A stretch of 61,634 nucleotides of DNA from Candidatus Magasanikiibacteriota bacterium (GCA_009694865.1 SICD01000002.1:1-61634), one strand, 5' to 3'. Counted from the stretch's first letter, positions 28,164 through 36,269 are shown. The notes: generated by a model from the letters alone, not told the origin. Numbers and translations are program-made.

Positions 28164-28403
28164 TTACCCAAAATTCACTTCTAATCGTTTCCCAAACGTG
28201 TACGCTAGTTTGCCCAGCATGGCGAGGGAAAAATTTTGGTTGCCGGCCTCCATGCGGGCCACGTTGCTTTGGGTGGTGCCGAGTTTTTTGGCGAGCGTTT
28301 GTTGCGACATTTTTTTACTTTTGCGAAGTCGAAGTATATCGCCAGTAATTTTTAATTGGAGACGTTTGAATTCCGTGGCAGTGGTATGAGAAACATTTTT
28401 CAT
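28164..28403 (-). CDS. XRE-family HTH protein (paralog 2)
   Basis: MSQQTLAKKLGTTQSNVARMEAGNQNFSLAML. Confidence 0.85.
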   Translation of the reverse strand: MKNVSHTTATEFKRLQLKITGDILRLRKSKKMSQQTLAKKLGTTQSNVARMEAGNQNFSLAMLGKLAYTFGKRLEVNFG

Positions 28404-28419
28404 AGAGATCTGATTGACG

Positions 28420-28521
28420 ATACCCCTCTCTGCGTCTCTCCCCTAATGTAGGAGAGAGCAATTTGATCACCGCCCAACGTTCCCCTCCCCGCTTTTAGGG
28501 GGAGGACGGAAGAGGGGGTAT
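28420..28521. repeat. Family B GC-rich element: outer stem enclosing two hairpins (intergenic copy)
   Basis: ATACCCCTCT...AGAGGGGGTAT outer stem. Inner hairpins are TCTCTCC-CCTAATGTA-GGAGAGA and CCCCTCCCC-GCTTTTA-GGGGGAGG. Confidence 0.65.
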
Positions 28522-28584
28522 TCGGCACCACGTGAATTCGTCTGCAAGCCTACCATATCATTTATGATATGTTATGTCAAATTG

Positions 28585-29607
28585 TTAGAGTGCCATTTTT
28601 TCTTTATACGTCTTCTCATACCTCTCCCCAAACTCCTCTTTCGTGAAACTGTGTTCCTGCGTGCCGTAGGTCTCAATCGCGTAACTCGCCGCTACACTGC
28701 CAATTTGGGCGCAGATTTTGAGGTGCAAGCCTTTTTCGTAGCCTACTAAAAAACCAGCCCGAAAGGCATCGCCGGCGCCGGTGGGGTCATCAACAGACTT
28801 TGGGGGGCAGGGGGCGACTTCAATTATCTCTCCGTCGCTCGTGCTAATAATGGAGCCTTTTTCTCCAAGCGTGGTGATGAGTGTTTTGGTTTCTTTTAAA
28901 ATATTTTGGGCATCCCAGCCGGTTTTATCTTGAATCAGTTTAATTTCATAGTCGTTGCCAATTAAAAACTGGCTTTGGCTAATGAGGTGTTTGAGTTCAA
29001 CGTCCGTAAACGCTGTGATTTGCTGGCCCGGGTCAAACATTACCGGAATCCCGCGGCTATGACACTCATTACTATGCTTAATCATGGCGCGTTTGTCGGT
29101 AGGAGCGATTATTGCGAGCGACACGCTCCCACCACCCCCCACGGCTGTGGCCGCCCCTCCTCGGGCAGGAGGGGACACCAGCGCCTCCCCTCCTTTCCAA
29201 GGAGGGGTAGGGGTGGTTGCCGACGCTATATCTGCCGTGTCGTTGAGTGGCCCGCTGTAAAACGCGGTTACTTGGTTGTCGTCCATATCGGTGGTGATGT
29301 AGGCGGAGGCGGAGAGTTTGGTGGCATCTTGAAAAATGTGGTCGGTGGCGATGTTAAATTTTTTAAAATGATCGAGGTAATCTTTGGCATCTCGTCCGAC
29401 GGCAGAAACGATGAGTGGGTCGGCGCCGAGCATTTTCATGGTATAGCCAATGTTGCCGGCCGTGCCGCCCCAACTTCTCTCAAGTTTATCCACCACAAAA
29501 CAGACGTTTAAGATGTGCAATTGTTCCGGCATGATGTGATTTTTAAAACTGTCCGGAAAATTCATGATGTAATCGTAGGCCAACGATCCTGATACTAAAA
29601 TGGACAT
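28585..29607 (-). CDS. PfkB-family sugar/nucleoside kinase (adenosine-kinase-like) carrying an internal Family B repeat
   Basis: PfkB signature DPTGAGDAFRAGF and N-terminal GG motif WGGTAGN. The roughly 30-aa Pro/Gly-rich insert is encoded by 29128-29219. Confidence 0.85.
   Translation of the reverse strand: MSILVSGSLAYDYIMNFPDSFKNHIMPEQLHILNVCFVVDKLERSWGGTAGNIGYTMKMLGADPLIVSAVGRDAKDYLDHFKKFNIATDHIFQDATKLSASAYITTDMDDNQVTAFYSGPLNDTADIASATTPTPPWKGGEALVSPPARGGAATAVGGGGSVSLAIIAPTDKRAMIKHSNECHSRGIPVMFDPGQQITAFTDVELKHLISQSQFLIGNDYEIKLIQDKTGWDAQNILKETKTLITTLGEKGSIISTSDGEIIEVAPCPPKSVDDPTGAGDAFRAGFLVGYEKGLHLKICAQIGSVAASYAIETYGTQEHSFTKEEFGERYEKTYKEKMAL
29128..29219. repeat. Family B element inside the pfkB-family CDS
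   Basis: CCACCACCCC...GGGGTGG outer stem with hairpins CCCCTCCT-CGGGC-AGGAGGGG and CCCCTCCTT-TCC-AAGGAGGGG. Translated as TTPTPPWKGGEALVSPPARGGAATAVGGGG. Confidence 0.65.
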
Positions 29608-29653
29608 ATTGGGAAAGTTATCGCTGAAATAAGCGGGGTCTCGCGGGGAGGTG

Positions 29654-29794
29654 TTACATTGTTCAATTGCTACATTGTTAGTGAGTTTGTGACCTTACTG
29701 TATCAAAAAGTCTTGCCATTGTCTACAGTCCTTTAATGGCGTATAATCGTCAACAACTGGTTAACAATGTAGCCATGTAACAATTTAACAATTT
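29654..29794. promoter_or_regulatory. Five copies of an ACATTGTT/AACAATGT motif in the pfkB / transporter-kinase divergent region
   Basis: TTACATTGTT (29654), CTACATTGTTA (29670), TTAACAATGTAG (29761), CATGTAACAAT (29774) and TTAACAATTT (29785). The left and right groups are in inverted orientation. Confidence 0.45.
29719..29747 (+). promoter_or_regulatory. Sigma70-like promoter for the transporter-kinase gene
   Basis: TTGTCT, 17-nt spacer, TATAAT (29742-29747), about 55 nt before the ATG. Confidence 0.45.
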
Positions 29795-29802
29795 AAAGAA
29801 TT

Positions 29803-31053
29803 ATGAAATCCTCAAATAAAATTCTAGTTGGCTCCATTGCCATAGTCGTCGCAGCTCTTTTGTGGAGTTTGGACGGACTCTTTTTGCGGCCACATTTGTA
29901 TGTGCTACCACCGCCCTTAGTGGTATTTTTGGAGCATTCGTTAGGGTTTATTGTTTTGGCTCCGTGGTTATGGTTAAAGCGCAAGGAATTTAAACTGATT
30001 ACCAAAAAACAGTGGTTGACGGTTGGTTGGGTAGCACTTTTTGGTGGGGCTTTGGGGACTACGTTTTTTACTAAGGCGCTTTTCCTCACAGGGTTTAAAG
30101 ATATTTCTGTGGTGCTCCTCTTACAAAAACTTCAGCCCATTTTTGCAATGGTTTTAGCGGCAATTTTTTTGCGGGAACGCTTTTCGGCTCGTTTTTATGT
30201 GTATGCGGCTCTCGCTCTTCTCGGAGGATACTTAGTTGCGTTTAAAGATCCGCTGACGTTGACTGCAGTTGCCAAGACATCAATGACGATTGCCGGGTTT
30301 TCCGTTTTAGCTGCCTTTGCCTGGGGGTCATCTACCGCGTTTGGCAAATACTCGCTCAAAAATATTCACTATGGATTACTCGCCGCGCTTCGCTTTGGTT
30401 TTACAGTTTTAATTATGTTGGCTTTGGCCGCGAGCAGTTTAAAACAAATTCCGAGCGTGGGCGGCGAACAGTGGCGCACGCTTTTGATTATTGTATTCTC
30501 GTCCGGAGCGGTGGCCATGTATTTATATTATTTTGGTTTGAAAAAAGTTACTGCATCATTATCATCGCTCTGCGAATTAGCGTGGCCGTTCTCGGCCGTG
30601 ATTTTAGATTATATTTTGAACCATACCGTTTTAAGCTGGACACAGTACCTCGGCGGGCTGTTGCTAGTCGCGTCAGTCACCCATGTTACGTGGCTTAGCA
30701 GGTCGCGGACAATTGTGGGCAAGGTGCAGACAGGCCATGGGCAGGGCGATAAAATTGGGGCGCGGACGGCGAATTTAGATTTGGCGCTCGCCAAAAATTT
30801 ACCTAAAGGCTTGTATACTTGTGCGGTAATTGTCGATAGTAAAGAATACCGCGGGCTGCTATATTACGGTATTAATATGTTATCGAATAAAGATTGTTTG
30901 GAGGTACATTTACTAAATTTTAGCGGCGATTTGTACGGCAAAGAAATTAAAGTGATGACCGAGCAGTATGTGCGTTTCCCCAAAAAGTTCGCGTCAATTG
31001 GAGAATTGACGAAGCAAGTCAGCAAGGATTTGAAGTTGGCAACAGAGATTTAG
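29803..31053 (+). CDS. Fusion protein: EamA/DMT-family 10-TM transporter plus C-terminal riboflavin kinase domain
   Basis: About 300 aa of paired EamA-like TM repeats, then VGKVQTGHGQGDKIGARTANLDL...LEVHLLNFSGDLYGKEIKV...VRFPKKFASIGELTKQVSKD (RibF C-terminal/flavokinase pattern). Confidence 0.75.
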   Translation: MKSSNKILVGSIAIVVAALLWSLDGLFLRPHLYVLPPPLVVFLEHSLGFIVLAPWLWLKRKEFKLITKKQWLTVGWVALFGGALGTTFFTKALFLTGFKDISVVLLLQKLQPIFAMVLAAIFLRERFSARFYVYAALALLGGYLVAFKDPLTLTAVAKTSMTIAGFSVLAAFAWGSSTAFGKYSLKNIHYGLLAALRFGFTVLIMLALAASSLKQIPSVGGEQWRTLLIIVFSSGAVAMYLYYFGLKKVTASLSSLCELAWPFSAVILDYILNHTVLSWTQYLGGLLLVASVTHVTWLSRSRTIVGKVQTGHGQGDKIGARTANLDLALAKNLPKGLYTCAVIVDSKEYRGLLYYGINMLSNKDCLEVHLLNFSGDLYGKEIKVMTEQYVRFPKKFASIGELTKQVSKDLKLATEI

Positions 31054-31151
31054 ACCTGCCTGCGCTGAAGCTTCGGCAAGGCAGGCTGTTTGGTAAATGA
31101 TTTAGACAGATTAAACAGAAAATCCGCTGATGAGGCGGAGTTTTTTGTATG

Positions 31152-31754
31152 TTATTGTTTAAACAATTTTTTTTTAAATATATATCCTACTAACCCAGCA
31201 CCAGCAAGAATAAGCAGGCCGACTTTAGCATGTTCAATAATGGGACCCACGCGACCCCAGGCTTCGCCAAAGAAGTAGCCGATGAGGAGATAGGCGGTGG
31301 CGGCGGCAAAGGCGCCGATAATGTTAAAGACGAGAAATTTTTTATACCGCATTTTTACCATCCCAGCGACAAATGGCACCACCGGCCGCAGGGGCCCCAC
31401 AAAACGAGCCAGAATAACACTAAAATCTCCGTAACGATGGAAAAAAGCTTCGCCCTTGGCTTCATACTCTGGTTTAAATAGCCTGCTTGTTTTAATGCGC
31501 TCCGCGCTGTGCTTGCCAATGTAGAAGCTGGCGGCGTCACCTAAAACTCCTCCAATTGCGGCAAACCAAATGAGGTCGCCAATATCAATAATGCCTTGGC
31601 TCGCCATGAAGCCGGCAAAAATAAGCGCGGTCGTACCCGGAACGAAGAGCCCGACAAACGCTAAGGACTCCAGTAGAGACACAAGTAGTATTATCCAGTA
31701 TATCCAAACGCCCAAATTCTGAATTTTAGGGAGTAGAACGAGAAGATAATCCAT
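31152..31754 (-). CDS. DedA-family membrane protein
   Basis: 200 aa with motifs FVGLFVPGTTALIFAGFMA and RFVGPLRPVVPFVAG. Confidence 0.8.
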   Translation of the reverse strand: MDYLLVLLPKIQNLGVWIYWIILLVSLLESLAFVGLFVPGTTALIFAGFMASQGIIDIGDLIWFAAIGGVLGDAASFYIGKHSAERIKTSRLFKPEYEAKGEAFFHRYGDFSVILARFVGPLRPVVPFVAGMVKMRYKKFLVFNIIGAFAAATAYLLIGYFFGEAWGRVGPIIEHAKVGLLILAGAGLVGYIFKKKLFKQ

Positions 31755-31772
31755 ATCTTGAGAATACCATTA

Positions 31773-33158
31773 TTACAAAATTTTTTCTCCAATGGTAAAC
31801 AAACTAAACCCAGCAAAAATGCAGAAAATAACTATAATGACGATACGCCTCGCCAGGCGCGGCTGGAGGGCTTTGGGCAGTAGTTTGTAGTTCATAATAT
31901 TGACGAGCGCGATATGCACGGTCATGGCCATGGCGTTAAGAATTGCACCGAGAATAATAAGCGTCTTTGGCTCGTAAATGTTAAGCAGAAACAAAATAAT
32001 CCCGAATGCAATTTGCGCCCAAAGGAAGACAAAATAAATTTTAGACAGATTAATGGATCCGGTTTCGTCGGCGCCTAATTTTTTAAGCGCGTAATTTTCC
32101 GCCATAATGCGCGAGGTGGAATCGAGTACGCCTAATTGGGTTTGGAAGAGCATTATCGATACGACCAATAGAAAAAGCGAGCCAACGAGAGGGGCGATTT
32201 TTTGTCCAATAATTATTCCTTCATTAATAACAAAGTGAATGCCAGTGGTGTTGTCCGGCAGGCCATAAGCGGTGGAGTAGGCAAGAAGCATCAAAAGCCC
32301 CATAGCCAAAGAACCAACGAACCAAAAAATTATGAGATGTTCCAGGTTAATGCGGCGCCACCAAACGCGGAATTGTTTAATATTTTCGGGATTTAGAGTA
32401 AAATGTTCGCCGGTAAGTTTAATGGTTTGTGTTTGTTTGAGATTGGTAAAGAGTCCGGAAATTTTTTGGGCGTACCGGCCCATGCCGTAGCCTTTTTCTT
32501 TAATATAAATAGATTGGGTGAGATTTAAATTACCGCCCGCACCGGAATACGCAAAAGCGGCGAGGAATGTGGCCAGACTAATTCCGGCGGGAAACCACGA
32601 GAAATTTTTGCCGCGTCCGATAAGACCAGTGGCCAGTTCTGTCCAAGCGCTAGGTTGGCTTACAAGCACCGCCAGGATAAGTATGAATGGCACGCCGAGC
32701 AAAAGAACGATTTTGGTAATTTTCTCCATGGTGGCATAGACTGTTTTGCCGACGCTTAAAATTGTCCCAACGAGAACAAGTAAGAGCATGGCCAACCATT
32801 TAAATTGAGCAATGCCGAAGATTGCGGCAAATGCTTGGGCGGCGGCGGCAATAATACCAGGCAGGCCGAAACCGACAAAAGTTGAGATAATGAACCAGTA
32901 CGGCGCCCAGGGGAATATTTTGTTAAGACCAACAAAAACACTTTCGCCCTTAATAAGAGCGTAACGTTCAATTTCCATGTTAATAAAAAATTGGCAGGAG
33001 ATGCCCAGAATTGCCGCCCAAACAAGGCCCAAGCCGTAGTTGGAAGCGAGATATGGCCACAAAATTATTTCTCCCGATCCCAGGCCCAGGGCGAGAATAA
33101 TAAAACTGGGACCAAGGAGTCTGGCGAGGGGGATGGCTCTGGGAAATGGTTTGGACAT
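31773..33158 (-). CDS. Nramp-related metal-ion transporter family protein
   Basis: 461 aa, about 11 TM, Nramp-like N-terminal pattern GPSFIILALGLGSGEI. The canonical DPGN motif was not seen. Confidence 0.55.
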   Translation of the reverse strand: MSKPFPRAIPLARLLGPSFIILALGLGSGEIILWPYLASNYGLGLVWAAILGISCQFFINMEIERYALIKGESVFVGLNKIFPWAPYWFIISTFVGFGLPGIIAAAAQAFAAIFGIAQFKWLAMLLLVLVGTILSVGKTVYATMEKITKIVLLLGVPFILILAVLVSQPSAWTELATGLIGRGKNFSWFPAGISLATFLAAFAYSGAGGNLNLTQSIYIKEKGYGMGRYAQKISGLFTNLKQTQTIKLTGEHFTLNPENIKQFRVWWRRINLEHLIIFWFVGSLAMGLLMLLAYSTAYGLPDNTTGIHFVINEGIIIGQKIAPLVGSLFLLVVSIMLFQTQLGVLDSTSRIMAENYALKKLGADETGSINLSKIYFVFLWAQIAFGIILFLLNIYEPKTLIILGAILNAMAMTVHIALVNIMNYKLLPKALQPRLARRIVIIVIFCIFAGFSLFTIGEKIL

Positions 33159-33159
33159 G

Positions 33160-33504
33160 CTATTTTTTTAATTCCGGTGGAAGATTTTTTAGTAGAAATC
33201 CATTTTTGACGGTGGAGAGAGAAAGAGATCCGTTTCTGTCAGTGGCTTTATCTTTTATAATCATAACTGGCTCAAAGCCTTCCGGCGCCTCGGGGTTTTC
33301 TTCAAAATCAAAGTCAATAATTTGCCAGTGTTCAGCCTGGTCTTCAGCCGGGCTCACTTCGTCGTTGATTGTAAACCTGAGCTTGTTAAACTCCACCGTG
33401 GCTCGATGGCGATTAGTTTGGTTATCGATGTCGTTATATAACCCGCGTGTAAAATGTTCCGCTCCCCGAGGTCGAAATGTTCCCATAGTGATTGTTTTAT
33501 ACAT
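33160..33504 (-). CDS. Hypothetical acidic protein
   Basis: ORF trimmed to the first ATG that does not overlap trhO. No motif recognised. Confidence 0.45.
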   Translation of the reverse strand: MYKTITMGTFRPRGAEHFTRGLYNDIDNQTNRHRATVEFNKLRFTINDEVSPAEDQAEHWQIIDFDFEENPEAPEGFEPVMIIKDKATDRNGSLSLSTVKNGFLLKNLPPELKK

Positions 33505-33527
33505 TATTAATAGTGTTTTAATATTGT

Positions 33528-34571
33528 TTAAACGCATTCTGTCCCGCAAAACACTCGCCCATTACTTTCATAACATTGCTCGCAACAAATAAAATGGGCG
33601 TTGCAGCTTTTAAGATTACAGTTGACGTAGTTTTCACTTGAGGCATTGCATTTGTCACAACGGCCGACGATTTCATGGGGCGTGGCGGGTGAGTTGAAGG
33701 CCATAGTAACGCGGCCGTCGAAAACGTAGAGTTTGCCTTTAAAATCTTCTTCGGGATATTTTTCCATGTAGGTAACGATGCCATTTTCCAGTTGGTACAC
33801 GTCGTTGAATCCATTTTGGAGAAGGAAGCCAGAGGCTTTTTCACAGCGCACGCCGCCGGTGCAAACCGTCACCACTGTTTTATTTTTAAGAGGCTCAAGA
33901 ATCGGTAAGATTTGAGACAAGTTGCGGAAATTTTTTAAGGGCGGCAGAATGGAATTTTGGAAAAAACCAATTTTGTGTTCGTAGTCGTTGCGCATGTCCA
34001 CAATATAAAATTCTTTTGGTTCACGAGAGATCAGACATTCCTCAATTCCCCCCTCGCAGGGGGGCACACGGGGGGTGTTGGTCGTTGGTTCGTTTGTTGT
34101 TGAGTGGTGAAGGCCGCCAACACCCCCCACGTCGCCCCCTTGCGAGGGGGGATTAGTAAAGCAGTTGTTACAGACCGTCTTGTTTGATCCATGAATCCAA
34201 CTATGTAGTTCTTCTGCTTTGATGTATTTCCCCGTTATTTGCGTTGGGTTTATATCGGCGTCGCCTAAGTGTCCGCTGACAATTTCTTTGCGTGCTTTAA
34301 TGGAGAGCCGAGGGAAAGCTTCTCCAGTACCCACACTTTTTTTGAAATCAATGTCCGCAAAGCGTAGGTCGAGCCGCGTCGCTTGAATATATTTTTCAGT
34401 ATCGTCTACCAAGCCTTCCACGGTTCCGTTAATGCCTTCTTCGGCAATAATAATACGGCCTTTAAGGTTGAGGCGTTCGCACAGCTCACGCTGAGTAGTG
34501 ACGAGTTCGGCTGGATTATTGATGTGGGTGTATTTGTAGTAGAGGAGAATTTGGAACATATTATGTGTCAT
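33528..34571 (-). CDS. trhO: Rhodanese-domain tRNA uridine(34) hydroxylase-like protein (UPF0176/YceA) carrying an internal Family B repeat
   Basis: N-terminus ILLYYKY...LKGRIIIAEEGINGTVEG, rhodanese active-site loop CTGGVRCEKAS, C-terminal Cys cluster. The insert is encoded by 34047-34151. Confidence 0.85.
   Translation of the reverse strand: MTHNMFQILLYYKYTHINNPAELVTTQRELCERLNLKGRIIIAEEGINGTVEGLVDDTEKYIQATRLDLRFADIDFKKSVGTGEAFPRLSIKARKEIVSGHLGDADINPTQITGKYIKAEELHSWIHGSNKTVCNNCFTNPPSQGGDVGGVGGLHHSTTNEPTTNTPRVPPCEGGIEECLISREPKEFYIVDMRNDYEHKIGFFQNSILPPLKNFRNLSQILPILEPLKNKTVVTVCTGGVRCEKASGFLLQNGFNDVYQLENGIVTYMEKYPEEDFKGKLYVFDGRVTMAFNSPATPHEIVGRCDKCNASSENYVNCNLKSCNAHFICCEQCYESNGRVFCGTECV
34047..34151. 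repeat. Family B element inside the trhO CDS (105 nt)
   Basis: CCCCCCT-CGC-AGGGGGG, a 12-bp stem GGGGGGTGTTGG/CCAACACCCCCC, and CCCCCT-TGCG-AGGGGG. Translated as NPPSQGGDVGGVGGLHHSTTNEPTTNTPRVPPCEGG. Confidence 0.65.
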
Positions 34572-34588
34572 TGTGAGGAGCGGCGGTT

Positions 34589-34738
34589 TCCCCTCCTTAC
34601 CAAGGAGGGGTTTACGGGGTGGTTAGCCGTCCTCTGCGCAAGCGTGACTGGCCAACGTTGGCTCACGGCTGGTCAAACGATGGCAAACCACCCCCGCCCC
34701 GATGCGAATCGGGTCGCCCCTCCTTGGTAAGGAGGGGA
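34589..34738. repeat. Family B element, large intergenic copy
   Basis: Terminal hairpins CCCCTCCTT-ACC-AAGGAGGGG and CCCCTCCTT-GGT-AAGGAGGGG flank the long-range stem GGGGTGGTT...AACCACCCC. A Family A arm (GTCATTGTGAGGAGCGGCGG) abuts at 34568. Confidence 0.65.
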
Positions 34739-34752
34739 AGCCAGCTAGCGAC

Positions 34753-35202
34753 TTATTGTTTCATCGGGTGCAAATGGGCGGCCACACCGGCGGCCAGGGC
34801 GATGATGGCGATGTTTTTGATAATGTATTGGCCTTCGAGAGTGGGAATTAAAAAACCATTCCACGTGACGGAACGAAGTAGTATAAGAGGTAGAATGGTT
34901 GTAATCATGTGAACGACAAGAAATAGAATGGCGACTCGTTCGGCGTTGGGAATAAGGAAAAGGGCGCCGATGATCATTTCAAAGATGCCAAAGAGGATGA
35001 TAAAGGTATTAAACGTAATAAAGGGCAAGGTTTTGGTTAACAAATCCGCTACCAGCGGGTTGGCAGGGCTTTGGCCAATTATTTTTAAGGCGCCAAACCA
35101 AAAAAAGACAATAAAAATTGCGGTTCGAGCGAGTGGGCCGTTGTATTTTTTTAAGAAACGGATAATGGTGTGATCGGTTTGAAAAAGGAATTTGAAACTC
35201 AT
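34753..35202 (-). CDS. Membrane protein (DoxX/DUF417-like, tentative)
   Basis: 149 aa, four TM helices. Family assignment rests on weak pattern recognition only. Confidence 0.4.
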   Translation of the reverse strand: MSFKFLFQTDHTIIRFLKKYNGPLARTAIFIVFFWFGALKIIGQSPANPLVADLLTKTLPFITFNTFIILFGIFEMIIGALFLIPNAERVAILFLVVHMITTILPLILLRSVTWNGFLIPTLEGQYIIKNIAIIALAAGVAAHLHPMKQ

Positions 35203-35208
35203 GGGGGT

Positions 35209-35523
35209 TTATTTTTTATTCGCGTATTTGGTGTACGTTTTGTCGGCAAAAGCGGCGACCTTAACTACTTTTTCGCCTGTTTCTTTTAGGTTTTTTATTT
35301 TACTTTTTACTAACCATATTTTTAGAAGAATGATGCCACTGGGGATGAGGAAGCAAAAACCAAGTACGGCGGGGAGCGCGGGGAGTAGGTAGAGGCGAGC
35401 CCACGAGCTGGAATCATCGGCAGTTAAGAAGAGCCCCCCACCAACACCAATAAGCCCGAGGCCGATGGCGACGAGCGTTTTTAAGAGACTGGCGATTTTG
35501 TGGGAGATTTGCTTCAGTTCCAT
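35209..35523 (-). CDS. Small membrane protein
   Basis: 104 aa with 2-3 hydrophobic helices. No motif recognised. Confidence 0.4.
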   Translation of the reverse strand: MELKQISHKIASLLKTLVAIGLGLIGVGGGLFLTADDSSSWARLYLLPALPAVLGFCFLIPSGIILLKIWLVKSKIKNLKETGEKVVKVAAFADKTYTKYANKK

Positions 35524-35583
35524 GGGGCTATAATAGCGGATTGTGAGGTTTTGGGCAAGGGGTGTTATACAAAAAACTAGCCG

Positions 35584-35970
35584 TTATTTAGTGGCTAGTT
35601 TTTTAATTGCGCGGGCGAGTTGTTTATCAAAGGTTATGACGGTGTAGTCGCGGGCGAGGTAGAGGAGGGCCGTGTCGGGGAAAGATAGTGTCGCTGGTGC
35701 CTCGGTTTTAAAGAAGTTAATCACTCGTCTCGCCCATACTTCGTTTGAGAAAAGGATATCACAATTATTGTTGTCGCTAATAAAATTAAGAAAAAATACA
35801 GCTAATTCTTTGTTTGCTTTTGCGGTGAGCACCGTGCACGTTTCTACCATAATATATTCCGGCACCACCACGGGGAGGATAACCTCGGTCATTACTTTTG
35901 CCGCGGCGGCGTGCTGATTATCGAGCTCATTCATATAGGCCACCCAAACACTTGAGTCTAAAATAATCAT
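35584..35970 (-). CDS. vapC: PIN-domain toxin VapC
   Basis: 128 aa, N-terminus MIILDSSVWVAY (catalytic Asp), and a 4-nt overlap with the upstream small gene. Confidence 0.8.
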   Translation of the reverse strand: MIILDSSVWVAYMNELDNQHAAAAKVMTEVILPVVVPEYIMVETCTVLTAKANKELAVFFLNFISDNNNCDILFSNEVWARRVINFFKTEAPATLSFPDTALLYLARDYTVITFDKQLARAIKKLATK

Positions 35971-36203
35971 AGACCGTAGACGATTTTATCAATATCTCGG
36001 CTTAAATTTTTGTCACCACCCTTGAATTGAAGATTTTTTAGGTCAGCCCAGCTGTATTTTTTTTGTGGCGGCGTGGGCGGCTCAATTCGAAACATGGTGG
36101 TAGTATGATTGAGTACCACAAAAGAGGCGCCCCGAAAGGCCTCTTTGGCGATTTTGGATAAATTACGGTGGAGTTCTTTAAGACCGATGGTTTTTTCTCG
36201 CAT
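35967..36203 (-). CDS. Antitoxin of the VapBC pair (Phd/YefM-like)
   Basis: 78 aa, IGLKELHRNLSKIAKEA...FVVLNHTTTMFRIEP. Overlaps the vapC start. Confidence 0.65.
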   Translation of the reverse strand: MREKTIGLKELHRNLSKIAKEAFRGASFVVLNHTTTMFRIEPPTPPQKKYSWADLKNLQFKGGDKNLSRDIDKIVYGL

Positions 36204-36269
36204 AGGATATGATGTTAAAAATAGTTATAACTTTAGTATAACAAAAGTTATACTTTTTGTCAAAGTTGT

